Shown here: positions 8,596-18,037 of the stretch, in pieces
How the letters are laid out: each line of letters starts with the position of its first letter
How positions within the stretch are numbered: position 1 is the stretch's first letter
Translations under genes and position numbers: made by a program
The notes under the pieces: generated by a model
Databases searched by the model: none
What the model saw: the letters and a program-made list of their open reading frames with translations, nothing else
What the model was told of the DNA's origin: nothing
DNA from: a virus
Lineage: Duplodnaviria; Caudoviricetes
IMG/VR virus record: IMGVR_UViG_3300042894_007079
Coordinates: 785-64,784 of that record
DNA length: 64,000 nucleotides
Direction: 5' to 3' (one strand)

Positions 8596-10662
8596 ATGAA
8601 ATTATTTAGATACAACCAGTTTGCAAATTCGCAACCACTTAATGAGAATTTAGATAAATCAAAGAAATTCTTAAAAGATCAATTTATAATCAAAAAATTG
8701 GCTAACGATTTAAAGTTCGTAGATGATGAGCTTGATTATAAAATGAGACATGGTGAAAAAAGAGGTCTTTCTAAAAATGACTTTACTCCGGAACAATTTA
8801 ACGAAATCAGAATGAAAATGAGAGATGTTAGATTGACTGATGAACAAATTAGAAATCTTGAAAGGAATGAAGAGTTTGTTAAGTTGAGGGATTTATTTCA
8901 ACCAAACATTGGATATCTATATAATTTCGTTTATATGTATTTTGTTGAGGGAATTTCTTATGAAGAAATTGAAAGATTATATGCTCTTCTTATCGAGTAT
9001 AAAGACTTATTAGATAGACTTCCCAAGAAATTTGATATTAACTTTATTGATGAAAGTATTCCAAATGAGAATAATAATCATACAAATGCTGAATTGCTTT
9101 CAGATGAATTAGATAGGTTGGGTGAGTATAGAAAAGTCAAAAGAATAATTGATACTCTCCCTCCTAAACTTAAAAAAGCCGCTAACTCAGCGACTGAGCT
9201 TCAAATGGAACAATTAGTAGAAATTGCTAATGGTTTTGAAAGTATCGAACCAGAAGAGAAGAAAGACATTGTTTGGAAAACTTTCTTTGGTGAAATGCTT
9301 GAAGATAGATACGAAACAACAAGAGACGGAAAGCCTAATCCTACATTTGGAAAACTTGTTTGGAGAAGTCGTCTATTTAGATTCCAACAATTAGATAATC
9401 CACTTGTTGAGTTTATCAGAGCCGCTAAACAACATTTAGATGCCTCTGGAACTGAGGGTTATTCTGATAGAGTTGAAAAAATTAATAAAGTAAACGACCT
9501 TCTTGGTGTAAAAGGATGTAGAGTTATTTACAACGAAGCTGGTATTATGATAGTAGAGGTCAATTCCTACGCGGCTAACAAAATGTTAAACTCTCATTGC
9601 TCTCACTGTATAGTAAATACCGAATCTCACTGGAATAGTTATTTAGGTGAGTATAATATTCAATATTATATTTATAACTTCAATCTATCGTCTACAAATA
9701 ACAGGTGGACAATTGGGGTTACAATTCAACCAGATAGAACTTATAGCGGTGGGGCATGCCAGACGGTCAATAACTCATATATTGGTGGTGAATTTAAACG
9801 TCTTTTAAAAGAGTGGGAGACAGAATATAATTTAGATGCTGACCTTTGGAATATTTTACAACCACTTAGTAATGATGAAATCGAAAGAAGAAAAAGGGCA
9901 AAAGATGCTGAAAGATTTATAATTAAGAAGACTATTCCGGATCCAGAGACTGGAAGAGAAAGAACAATTACTGCTGCTGATTTACAAGGATATGTTAAAG
10001 AATTTGGAGCTGATATCAATAGAGATAACGGAAAAGCTCTTATCAATGCGGTTGAAGATAATGATATAGAAAGAGTCAAAATGATTTTTGCTTTAGGTGG
10101 AACACCTAACTTACAAAAAGGAGCTGATTCAGCCATTGCTAAAGCTAAAGATATGGAAATGATTAAATTATTAGTTTCTAATCACGCAGTTCTTACGGGT
10201 GATGTATTTAATAACATTGTTTGTGATGAAGATGCTTTAGAGTTTTGTTTAAAAGCTGGAGCGGATGCTAATTTTAATTCAAATCTTCCAATCAGAAAAG
10301 TTTGTAAAGGATCTTGGAGAAGTCTTACAGAAATTGGAGAATCTTATTTTGCTGGATATCAAATGTTATTAAAATACGGAGTTAAAACAGAAGAATCGGG
10401 TAAAAACTTTGTTGTTAAATGGGCAGCTGAATATGGTAGAATGGATATCATTAATGACCAAATGTCAAAAGGTTGTAAATCTGGTTTTGTTGATGCTTTT
10501 GCATGGATGGGTCATACAAGAAAGCTTCCAAATGGTGACTTAAAAAAACAAGTAGGTCAATTCTTAAAAGAAAATGCGATTAAATTCGAGCCTAATGAGT
10601 GGAAAGATATGTGTGAAAAACTTGAAAGAAGAGGTAAGAAGCCTTGGGTTGATGAAATGTAA
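8596..10662 (+). CDS. Large protein with CTS-like leader and C-terminal ankyrin-like repeats
   Basis: Start MKLFRYNQF..LNE just after TAATATATA (8582-8590). GADINRDNGKALINAV, LKAGADAN and WAAEYGRMDII are ankyrin-like. Confidence 0.6.
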   Translation: MKLFRYNQFANSQPLNENLDKSKKFLKDQFIIKKLANDLKFVDDELDYKMRHGEKRGLSKNDFTPEQFNEIRMKMRDVRLTDEQIRNLERNEEFVKLRDLFQPNIGYLYNFVYMYFVEGISYEEIERLYALLIEYKDLLDRLPKKFDINFIDESIPNENNNHTNAELLSDELDRLGEYRKVKRIIDTLPPKLKKAANSATELQMEQLVEIANGFESIEPEEKKDIVWKTFFGEMLEDRYETTRDGKPNPTFGKLVWRSRLFRFQQLDNPLVEFIRAAKQHLDASGTEGYSDRVEKINKVNDLLGVKGCRVIYNEAGIMIVEVNSYAANKMLNSHCSHCIVNTESHWNSYLGEYNIQYYIYNFNLSSTNNRWTIGVTIQPDRTYSGGACQTVNNSYIGGEFKRLLKEWETEYNLDADLWNILQPLSNDEIERRKRAKDAERFIIKKTIPDPETGRERTITAADLQGYVKEFGADINRDNGKALINAVEDNDIERVKMIFALGGTPNLQKGADSAIAKAKDMEMIKLLVSNHAVLTGDVFNNIVCDEDALEFCLKAGADANFNSNLPIRKVCKGSWRSLTEIGESYFAGYQMLLKYGVKTEESGKNFVVKWAAEYGRMDIINDQMSKGCKSGFVDAFAWMGHTRKLPNGDLKKQVGQFLKENAIKFEPNEWKDMCEKLERRGKKPWVDEM

Positions 10663-10744
10663 AATAAACTTATTGATTACAATTCCATATAACATGAAAC
10701 GCTAAGCATTATGGAAAAATCCACAAAAAATAAAATGCTAATTT

Positions 10745-11110
10745 ATGTATCTTAATAACAAAGAATTATATGTTGAAATAATCGTATCAAAAGCACAAGG
10801 AAAACTTACAAGAAACGCCGAAAAAATGCTAGAGCTTCTAGCAAAGAAAACAATCAAAAAAATGAGATATTGGTCTAATGATGATAAATTAGACTGTTAC
10901 CAATCAGGACTATTAGATATGTTCCAAAACTGGTATAACTTCAATGAAGATAAATCAGTAAATGCATTCGCTTACTTTACAGAGGTATTTAAAAGAGGAA
11001 TTGCTAAAGGCTTCAACGAACTTTATAAGAAAAAAGGAGATAACGAAAACCTAATTAAATTGCTATCAATTGAAGGTAGTAACGATGGTCAAGGACTTCA
11101 CTCAATCTAA
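10745..11110 (+). CDS. gp55: Late-transcription sigma factor, T4 gp55-like
   Basis: YLNNKEL N-terminus and NFNEDKSVNAFAYFT region-2 motif typical of gp55. Confidence 0.75.
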   Translation: MYLNNKELYVEIIVSKAQGKLTRNAEKMLELLAKKTIKKMRYWSNDDKLDCYQSGLLDMFQNWYNFNEDKSVNAFAYFTEVFKRGIAKGFNELYKKKGDNENLIKLLSIEGSNDGQGLHSI

Positions 11111-11130
11111 AAAATTAAATAATAGATATA

Positions 11131-11164
11131 AAAAAACCCACTCAATTGAGTGGGTTTCTTTTTA
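11131..11164. terminator. Bidirectional terminator
   Basis: A-run, ACCCACTC-AATT-GAGTGGGT hairpin, T-run, between convergent genes. Confidence 0.85.
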
Positions 11165-12223
11165 TGAATAAACTGTTTCCAGCATTCTAAGTGATACCAA
11201 ATAAGGGTCACAATTTGAAGCCGGTCTTCTGTCTTCAAAATATCCCCTACCTTCCACTAAAGATTGTGCTGGAATTCTAATTGACGTATCTCTAGTACTA
11301 TACCCGTAACTAAATTCGTGAATGCCTGATGTTTCGTGTTCTCCTGTTAATCTTTGCTCATTGTGTAGACCATAAACCCCAATATGTTCCATATGAGATG
11401 ATTCAAGTTTTGTCATTGTTTCTTTGATTAATTCAATACCACCTTCTTCTCTCATTTCTTTAGAGGAGAAGTTAACGTGACATCCAGTTCCGTTCCAATC
11501 ACCTTTGATTGGTTTTGGATGTAAAGAAACGTTGACACTATGTTTTTCAGCAACTCTTTGAAGAATATATCTTGATATCCAAAGTTGGTCAGAGCCATTA
11601 AGAGCAGTAACAGGGCCAATTTGATATTCCCATTGACCGAGTAGAACTTCGGCATTAATACCAGAAATATCTAATCCGATTTCTAAACACATATCCATAT
11701 GTTCTTCAACAATTTGTCGACCAATAACAGTATCAGCGCCAATACCACAGTAATAATCACCTTGTGCTCTTGGTGTTTTACCAACTTCAAACCCTAAAGG
11801 TAAACCAACTCCTTCTCCAAAAGGCATATTTGGTTTATGAGTTAGAGTGTACTCTTGTTCCCAGCCGAACCAAGGAGCATCATTTTTAATTAAAGAATTA
11901 AGACTTAAACTATCTACAATAGATGATAATTTTCTTCTACTGTTTGTTGGATGTGGAGTACCATCTGGACTTAAAACCTCACAAAATACTAATTTATTAG
12001 GATATTCTCTAAATGGATCTTTGCAAACAAATACTGGTTTTAGTAAACAGTCTGTGTTTTTGCCCTTACCTGCTTCAGCTTGAAGTGTTGAACTACCATC
12101 AAAAGACCACATTGTGTAGTCTTCAGGATTCATTGTATCTGCTTTTTCTACAATTTTTGTTTTACTTCTGAGTTGTTGAGGTTCTGATCCATCTAACCAG
12201 ATATATTCTAATTTAATTTTCAT
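11162..12223 (-). CDS. glnII: Glutamine synthetase type II
   Basis: EYIWLDG, LRSKT, WSFDGSST, GINAEV..GQWEYQ, PKPIKGDWNGTGCH, RLTGEHET, YFEDRRPASNCDPY. Confidence 0.95.
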   Translation of the reverse strand: MKIKLEYIWLDGSEPQQLRSKTKIVEKADTMNPEDYTMWSFDGSSTLQAEAGKGKNTDCLLKPVFVCKDPFREYPNKLVFCEVLSPDGTPHPTNSRRKLSSIVDSLSLNSLIKNDAPWFGWEQEYTLTHKPNMPFGEGVGLPLGFEVGKTPRAQGDYYCGIGADTVIGRQIVEEHMDMCLEIGLDISGINAEVLLGQWEYQIGPVTALNGSDQLWISRYILQRVAEKHSVNVSLHPKPIKGDWNGTGCHVNFSSKEMREEGGIELIKETMTKLESSHMEHIGVYGLHNEQRLTGEHETSGIHEFSYGYSTRDTSIRIPAQSLVEGRGYFEDRRPASNCDPYLVSLRMLETVYS

Positions 12224-12296
12224 AAAGTGTTTTTTTTATTTTATTTTAAAAAACAACTTTGTTTAATTTTTCAATAAAAATGATTAAATTTGTTAT

Positions 12297-12596
12297 ATGA
12301 AAAAAGCTATTCTACAATTGTGGGAAGAAACTGAAAGAGACGGTGTAATTCAACCGGATGGTTGTTCTTTACATTTTGATAAAATTGCACTTACTCAGTT
12401 CACTTCTGATTTTTATTCTAATAGAACCGAGGATGTTGTTCCTGAGGTTTATGAAAGAGTTATTGGGGAGCCAATCGAAGTATCTGTTACAGAAAGTATT
12501 TATAACATTATTTCTGAAATGAAATCGGTTAGAATTCAGCAATATGAAATGAATAATCTTTTAGGTTTAAAAGAAATCAATATCGATGATATTTAA
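12297..12596 (+). CDS. Hypothetical protein
   Basis: ORF with TAAATTTG element at 12285-12292. Confidence 0.55.
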   Translation: MKKAILQLWEETERDGVIQPDGCSLHFDKIALTQFTSDFYSNRTEDVVPEVYERVIGEPIEVSVTESIYNIISEMKSVRIQQYEMNNLLGLKEINIDDI

Positions 12597-12912
12597 TACG
12601 GTTTTAATTTTATTATTTGTCTGGATGAATTTATATTCTCTGGCTAATTTGACTAAGATAGAAAAAAGATTTTATGAGTTTGAGACTATCTCTTTTAAAC
12701 AATATTTTTACTATATTTCAAAAGTAATTTATTGGATTTGGATTTTATTTGGATTATTTACAACATTCAAAATATATTTCTTTATTTTGGCATGTTTTCC
12801 TGTTTTAAAGTTTTTATTGTTTTATCTTAACAAAAGACTTTTTAAAATTTTCAATGTTTTAATTCCTTTTGTATCAATTGCAATATTAATAATGTTTTTT
12901 TTCAAACATTAA
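12586..12912 (+). CDS. Small multi-pass membrane protein
   Basis: Three to four hydrophobic segments. Confidence 0.5.
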   Translation: MIFNTVLILLFVWMNLYSLANLTKIEKRFYEFETISFKQYFYYISKVIYWIWILFGLFTTFKIYFFILACFPVLKFLLFYLNKRLFKIFNVLIPFVSIAILIMFFFKH

Positions 12913-13429
12913 ATCTTTTAAGGTTTTCTTCGGTTATAATTATGAATTCATAGCCCTTTTTATTACACCAATTAATCATAGTTTCCCATTTGTTTTTGTT
13001 TTTGTATGCCATTTTTAGGTCATACTCAAAGTTTTTTAGTTTTTTAGTACCCTTTTGTGGAACTTCTAATTTTCCTTCGCTTAGTGCGATAACCATTTTA
13101 TATTCTTTCATTGGTTTAACTTCTACTACAACTTGTTTTAAAACACCATCTTCTCCTCTCATTTCATAATAGAAATCCGGATAGTAACAATGTTCTTTAA
13201 CTCTCATATCACCATTATCAAAATGTGTCATTTGATATGGTATTTTCATACATTCTGCTCCCCATTTTATTATTTTATCATTGTGGTCTAACCAGGTCAT
13301 TATTTTCTTTTCCCAAGAACTTCTGAAATAAACACCACCATTTGTGTTTAGTTTTATAACTTTGTCTTTGTTATTTGGTACGTAATTTCCCTGATTATAA
13401 TTTGAATTAGATGGTTTCGAATTTAACAT
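12902..13429 (-). CDS. gp4: Head completion nuclease gp4-like (TnsA-type PD-(D/E)xK)
   Basis: QG.Y.P.N..K, FRSSWEKK, KWGAE, YYPDFY, VEVKP, NKNKWE, ITEENL. Confidence 0.85.
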   Translation of the reverse strand: MLNSKPSNSNYNQGNYVPNNKDKVIKLNTNGGVYFRSSWEKKIMTWLDHNDKIIKWGAECMKIPYQMTHFDNGDMRVKEHCYYPDFYYEMRGEDGVLKQVVVEVKPMKEYKMVIALSEGKLEVPQKGTKKLKNFEYDLKMAYKNKNKWETMINWCNKKGYEFIIITEENLKRFNV

Positions 13430-13473
13430 AATAAATCTCAGTTTATTTTATATATAAAAGAAAATACTTCGCT

Positions 13474-14172
13474 GTGGGAATTCTATCAGAAAAAGTGAAA
13501 TTGGCATTATTGGTAAATGGTAATGGTGTTCCGGATAATTTTAAAAATAATTCTTTATGGTTTTATGAAAAGTATCAAAAATCAACACCGGAAATACTGA
13601 ATATAAATGTTCAGGATGTTTTTCCTGGTGGATTTTATTTCTTTCAGTATCAAGATAGTTCAAATTGGATGAAATGGGCTCCGGTTTTTGTTGCTGATTT
13701 TAAGAAGTTTTCAAATAAAATTATTATATTTGCTTTAAATCTAAATATGATACCCTTAGAAGTAAGAGTATTAATTTTCGATAAGTTCATAACCGAAAGA
13801 GATTTTGAAAAAAATAGTTTTTTAAAAGTTGATTATGTTGGTTTGTATAATGAGTTAAGAAGTTTGGGTTTTGAGTATGCTCTTATGGAATTTGATGCCA
13901 TTAGATTAGAACTAGTTCATAGAATACACTTGGAATTGTTACCAAGATTTTTGTATCATCAGCATCCAAAAAATGTGTATGATCCAAAAAAACTAAATGA
14001 AATATGGTTTGCTAAAATAGGTGCTAGAGACCAAAGGCATAAAGAGATGATGATGTCTTCTATTGAAGATTTCTATAATATTGAGACAGAGATTTCGGAG
14101 AAATATGATGTTTTAAGAAATAAAATAATGAGAATAAGAAATAACGCTATTAAATACGGTAAATTAAAATAA
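13474..14172 (+). CDS. DNA end protector gp2-like protein
   Basis: PGGFYFFQY and FALNLNMIP resemble T4 gp2; adjacent to gp4 as in T4. Confidence 0.55.
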   Translation: MGILSEKVKLALLVNGNGVPDNFKNNSLWFYEKYQKSTPEILNINVQDVFPGGFYFFQYQDSSNWMKWAPVFVADFKKFSNKIIIFALNLNMIPLEVRVLIFDKFITERDFEKNSFLKVDYVGLYNELRSLGFEYALMEFDAIRLELVHRIHLELLPRFLYHQHPKNVYDPKKLNEIWFAKIGARDQRHKEMMMSSIEDFYNIETEISEKYDVLRNKIMRIRNNAIKYGKLK

Positions 14173-14173
14173 T

Positions 14174-14485
14174 ATGAAACTTAAAAGTATCTTCACAAAA
14201 AAACAAAAGTCAACACCTTCGCCAATGTCTGTAATTACGACAGTGCCAAGACCAAAACAAGTCGTTAATAAACTTTCTGATGAAGAAAGAAAAAGAATGA
14301 ATGATGATTTTTTCAACAGAAAAAAACAAGAAGAGAAGATAAGTCCTTATTTTATACAAGAGATTTCTGATAGATTATACGGACCGGACTCTGATGATTA
14401 TATCAATGCATTAAATGAACTAAATTCTAAATTCAGACCAAGAGCCGGTCGAACTGGACCTCAAATCTATAGAGACGAGATTTAA
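14174..14485 (+). CDS. Hypothetical protein
   Basis: ORF tightly coupled to the upstream gene. Confidence 0.5.
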   Translation: MKLKSIFTKKQKSTPSPMSVITTVPRPKQVVNKLSDEERKRMNDDFFNRKKQEEKISPYFIQEISDRLYGPDSDDYINALNELNSKFRPRAGRTGPQIYRDEI

Positions 14486-14519
14486 TCGTCTTTTTTTATC
14501 TGGAGGAAAAACCAAAATT

Positions 14520-14528
14520 TAATATATA
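14520..14528 (+). promoter_or_regulatory. Putative late promoter TAATATATA (portal)
   Basis: Recurrent motif 25 nt upstream of the portal ATG. Confidence 0.65.
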
Positions 14529-14553
14529 AGTGAAATCTTTTATAAAAAAATAG

Positions 14554-16275
14554 ATGGCTACTTACAATAATTTTGGTTCTTCTTCAGAAAGAGATAACTT
14601 TGCCTTCGCTAACTCAGCAGTTGAAAATAAAGGTTTATTCTCAAGAATTTTAAGAAATTTATCAAACTTTGGAATGAACTATGATGATATGATCATCAGA
14701 AACCAAGTTGGTATCGGTATAAATGAGGATCCATATGCTGCTAAAGGAAATTCAATGTATGATTTCTTTTCTCAAAGAGCAGTTGCTTCTGTATTAAATA
14801 GAAAATCAATTCCTTACTTAGATAAGGCTTATGCTGATAAAAGAAGAATACTTAGAGAGTATTCTATAAAAGATGAAATCAGAGATTTTGTCTCAACGGT
14901 TTGTGATGAAACTATTGTTTATAATGATGATAGAGATTTTTGTTCACCAAGAGCTTTATCTACTGATTATTCTCAAGAAGTTAAAGATAAGTATCAAGAA
15001 TACTTTGAAAAGATATACACTAAATTTGGATTTGCTGATAACATCACTGCTTGGTCTATGATGAGAGACTTTTTAATTGATGGTTATATAGCAATTGAAA
15101 TAATATACGATGATAAAAAGAAAAATATCATTGGTTTCAATAGATTGAGACCCGAAACATTAGTTCCTGCCTATGAGCCAAATATCGGACATCTTTGGAT
15201 ACAATTTCCAGAAGATCCACAGTTAAGAAGAATATTTTTAGATTCTCAGTTAATATACATATCTTATTCAACTCAAAATGACTATTCCGAAACATCTTAC
15301 GTTGAGGGTTTAATTAAACCTTATAACCAGTTAAAAATTCTTGAGCAAACAAGAATTATGTTTAATGTGCTTAATGCTCAGATTTATCAAAAGTTTACTA
15401 TCCCAATTAAAGGTTTATCTCGACAAAGAGCTGAAGAACAAATTGGTCAATTAATTCATGATTATTCAGAAGAGGTTGAGTGGGATGATAGCTTAGGTAC
15501 TTTATCTATTAATGGTTCAAAGCACCTTCATTATAACAAACAGATATGGTTTCCAGATGGTGATGCGGGTACGCCTAATATGGAATTGGTAAAAAATGAA
15601 GGACATGACTTAAATGATGAAACTATGTTGTCTTGGTTCTACAAAGCTTTAAAAAGAGCGTCGAAAATTCCAATGCAAAGATTTGAAGCTGAAAGTGGTG
15701 GTGGTAATTTAATTAGTGATTCAGCAGAAATGACAAGAGATGAAATTAAATTTCACAATTTCATTAGTAGATTGAGAGCCAACTTCAAGGAATTGGTTGT
15801 AAAACCATTAAAACTTCAGATGTTGATTGAATTTCCAGAAATGGCAAATGACGAAGTTTTTAATAATCAAGTTGATATAATATTTTATTCAAATCAAGTT
15901 TTTGAAGATTGGAAAAAAATTAATACTCTAGCAAAAAGGTCGGAAATTGTTGGTACATTACTTGGTGTAATGAATGGAGAAAAGCCTTATTTCCATATTG
16001 AATGGGTTATGGATAACGTCTTTAAATTATCTCCTGAAGAAAAGGCTGAAAATCAAAGATATTGGGCACAGGACGCAACTGCCGCTGCTGCCGCTGCTGC
16101 CGCTGGTGGTGCTCCTACCGAAGGTGGTGAGGCTGCTCCTGCTGAAGGTGGAGAAGCCGCGCCTGTCGAAGGTGGTGAGGTACAAGCTGGTGCTCAGGCC
16201 GCACCTGAAGCTCCTGCTGGTGAAGAAGGTGGTGGAGAAGCCCCAGCTGAAGGTGGAGGTGAATTTGAATTCTAA
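14554..16275 (+). CDS. gp20: Portal protein (T4 gp20-like)
   Basis: FLIDG, SYVEGLIKPYNQLKILE, ASKIPMQRF, EMTRDEIKFHNFISRLR. Confidence 0.92.
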   Translation: MATYNNFGSSSERDNFAFANSAVENKGLFSRILRNLSNFGMNYDDMIIRNQVGIGINEDPYAAKGNSMYDFFSQRAVASVLNRKSIPYLDKAYADKRRILREYSIKDEIRDFVSTVCDETIVYNDDRDFCSPRALSTDYSQEVKDKYQEYFEKIYTKFGFADNITAWSMMRDFLIDGYIAIEIIYDDKKKNIIGFNRLRPETLVPAYEPNIGHLWIQFPEDPQLRRIFLDSQLIYISYSTQNDYSETSYVEGLIKPYNQLKILEQTRIMFNVLNAQIYQKFTIPIKGLSRQRAEEQIGQLIHDYSEEVEWDDSLGTLSINGSKHLHYNKQIWFPDGDAGTPNMELVKNEGHDLNDETMLSWFYKALKRASKIPMQRFEAESGGGNLISDSAEMTRDEIKFHNFISRLRANFKELVVKPLKLQMLIEFPEMANDEVFNNQVDIIFYSNQVFEDWKKINTLAKRSEIVGTLLGVMNGEKPYFHIEWVMDNVFKLSPEEKAENQRYWAQDATAAAAAAAAGGAPTEGGEAAPAEGGEAAPVEGGEVQAGAQAAPEAPAGEEGGGEAPAEGGGEFEF

Positions 16276-16277
16276 TC

Positions 16278-17174
16278 ATGAAAGTTGCTTTAACAACAGT
16301 CTCTGATGATAGAATGGGTAGAAAAGGTGGTAAGTATGCCGACACTCAAAATAAAATAAGAGATTACTTCGAGAAAAATATAAATTTTGGCATAAAAGAT
16401 TTTTATTTTTATAACATAGAAGATATCTTCAAAACCGAATTTTACAAACAGAACAAAAAAATAATAGACTGTTCAGAACCTGCCTTCAATGGTCGATGTT
16501 ATAAACCATATGTTATTCAACAAACACTTAATGAATTAGACTATGGTGATATTCTAATCTATAACGACGTCTCGCCAGAATGGTGGGAATCTATTTTTTT
16601 AGAACCAGTTTTGGATTTGAATAATTACTCTTTAGATATAATTAAAGACTTATGTATACAAAACGGTGGTATATTGACAGTCGAGGCATTGTGGCACATA
16701 GGAGGTGAACAACATCCTCATACACATGAGTATTATACGCTTGAAGTCTGTATGAATAGAATGGGTATGTCTGAATTTAGGCATTCTTTACAACACGCAT
16801 CTGGTATAGTAGTTTTGCAAAAATCTGAAAAAAGTATAAATTTTGTCGAGGATTGGTTGAAATATAATGTAATAGACGAATGTTGTTCTTTGATACAAAT
16901 TAATGATGATGGGACCTATGGTAAGTATTATTGGGTTGAGGAAGTTGAGTTATACGGTAAGTTTGGTCACAGACACGATCAATCAATATCAGGATTGTTG
17001 ATAAATAAAATGGGAAATAAATTATTAAAATCAACTGGAAATTACAATTTTCTAAGTTATTGTCAAACAAATTTTAATTATCAATTTATTGATAGTGTAA
17101 AAGAACCTTTACCCTTTTATTACAAAAACACATTGATTGATGGTGAGTGGGTACCGGTTTTGTTAAGTAGATAA
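16278..17174 (+). CDS. Putative glycosyltransferase-like protein
   Basis: KPYVI, GDILIYND, FVEDWL and HRHDQS pattern of GT-A-like enzymes. Confidence 0.55.
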   Translation: MKVALTTVSDDRMGRKGGKYADTQNKIRDYFEKNINFGIKDFYFYNIEDIFKTEFYKQNKKIIDCSEPAFNGRCYKPYVIQQTLNELDYGDILIYNDVSPEWWESIFLEPVLDLNNYSLDIIKDLCIQNGGILTVEALWHIGGEQHPHTHEYYTLEVCMNRMGMSEFRHSLQHASGIVVLQKSEKSINFVEDWLKYNVIDECCSLIQINDDGTYGKYYWVEEVELYGKFGHRHDQSISGLLINKMGNKLLKSTGNYNFLSYCQTNFNYQFIDSVKEPLPFYYKNTLIDGEWVPVLLSR

Positions 17175-17177
17175 CCT

Positions 17178-17612
17178 TCAACATTCTAATATTTCATAGT
17201 CAATTTTAGTCAAAGAGCTTATGCCTTTTTCTAATATCTTATCTAATATATCATCTTTAGATACCCAATTTAATTTATACTCATTGATCAAATCGGTTAT
17301 TTCTTTTTTCACTGATTTCATTTTATAATTTTTAAATTTATTGGGAATTTTATTATCCAAAATAACATCTTTTGAGAGGTCATGTATTGAAAATTTAATT
17401 CCATATTTTGAATACAAATCCGCAAGTATATTGACATATTGGTCATTTAATATTGCATACATACACTCAAGTCCATTTTCATCTGTGTATTCTACCATAG
17501 AAACTTGAGAGTAGATTTTTATAACATGGTCAACTTCTGGTCCTGACATAGACATTATAATTTCGTCAATTTCTGGTTGAGTATGTGTTGTTGTTACTTT
17601 AAAAAATTTCAT
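17178..17612 (-). CDS. Hypothetical protein with DUF6576-like C-terminus
   Basis: DDILDKILEKGISSLTKIDYEIL. Confidence 0.5.
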   Translation of the reverse strand: MKFFKVTTTHTQPEIDEIIMSMSGPEVDHVIKIYSQVSMVEYTDENGLECMYAILNDQYVNILADLYSKYGIKFSIHDLSKDVILDNKIPNKFKNYKMKSVKKEITDLINEYKLNWVSKDDILDKILEKGISSLTKIDYEILEC

Positions 17613-18037
17613 GCTGCTTTTTTTGGTAGTTCAAAATAAAAATCAATTACTTGTCCTACTTTTATATGAGTATTTTGATAAAGTTTTAAATCTATATTGC
17701 TATCAAGTAAGTTTCTTAGAATATTTCCAAATGTTGTATTTAAAGCAGTTATCGAGACTTTTAAGTCAATGACATTATTTTCTAATATTATAAACGTTAG
17801 TTTGTTTATGACAGCGCACGCACCACTTGTATTCATTATATCAGTTGATATATTTACATAGAAAACACTTTGTGAATTAGGAATGTCAACTTCAAATTCT
17901 ATCTTTTTATCTGATTCTAATAACTGATTTAGATTTATTTCTCGTTTGTATTTTTTCCAATTTGAAAATCTAGATAATAAATTCTCATAATCACTTATTT
18001 TATTATTATTTAACTCTACATTAAATTCACTTTTCAT
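17609..18037 (-). CDS. Hypothetical protein
   Basis: Coupled to rnr; carries REINLNQLL motif. Confidence 0.5.
   Translation of the reverse strand: MKSEFNVELNNNKISDYENLLSRFSNWKKYKREINLNQLLESDKKIEFEVDIPNSQSVFYVNISTDIMNTSGACAVINKLTFIILENNVIDLKVSITALNTTFGNILRNLLDSNIDLKLYQNTHIKVGQVIDFYFELPKKAA

Noticed and set aside
4978-12223. Eukaryotic virus or cellular origin suggested by RFC-like, GSII and ankyrin genes
   Set aside because: T4-type portal, protease, capsid, terminase and gp55, plus bacterial terminators and tmRNA, indicate a bacteriophage.
12902-13429. TnsA transposase / Tn7-like element
   Set aside because: No other tns genes or element ends; context next to gp2 and portal fits gp4 head completion.
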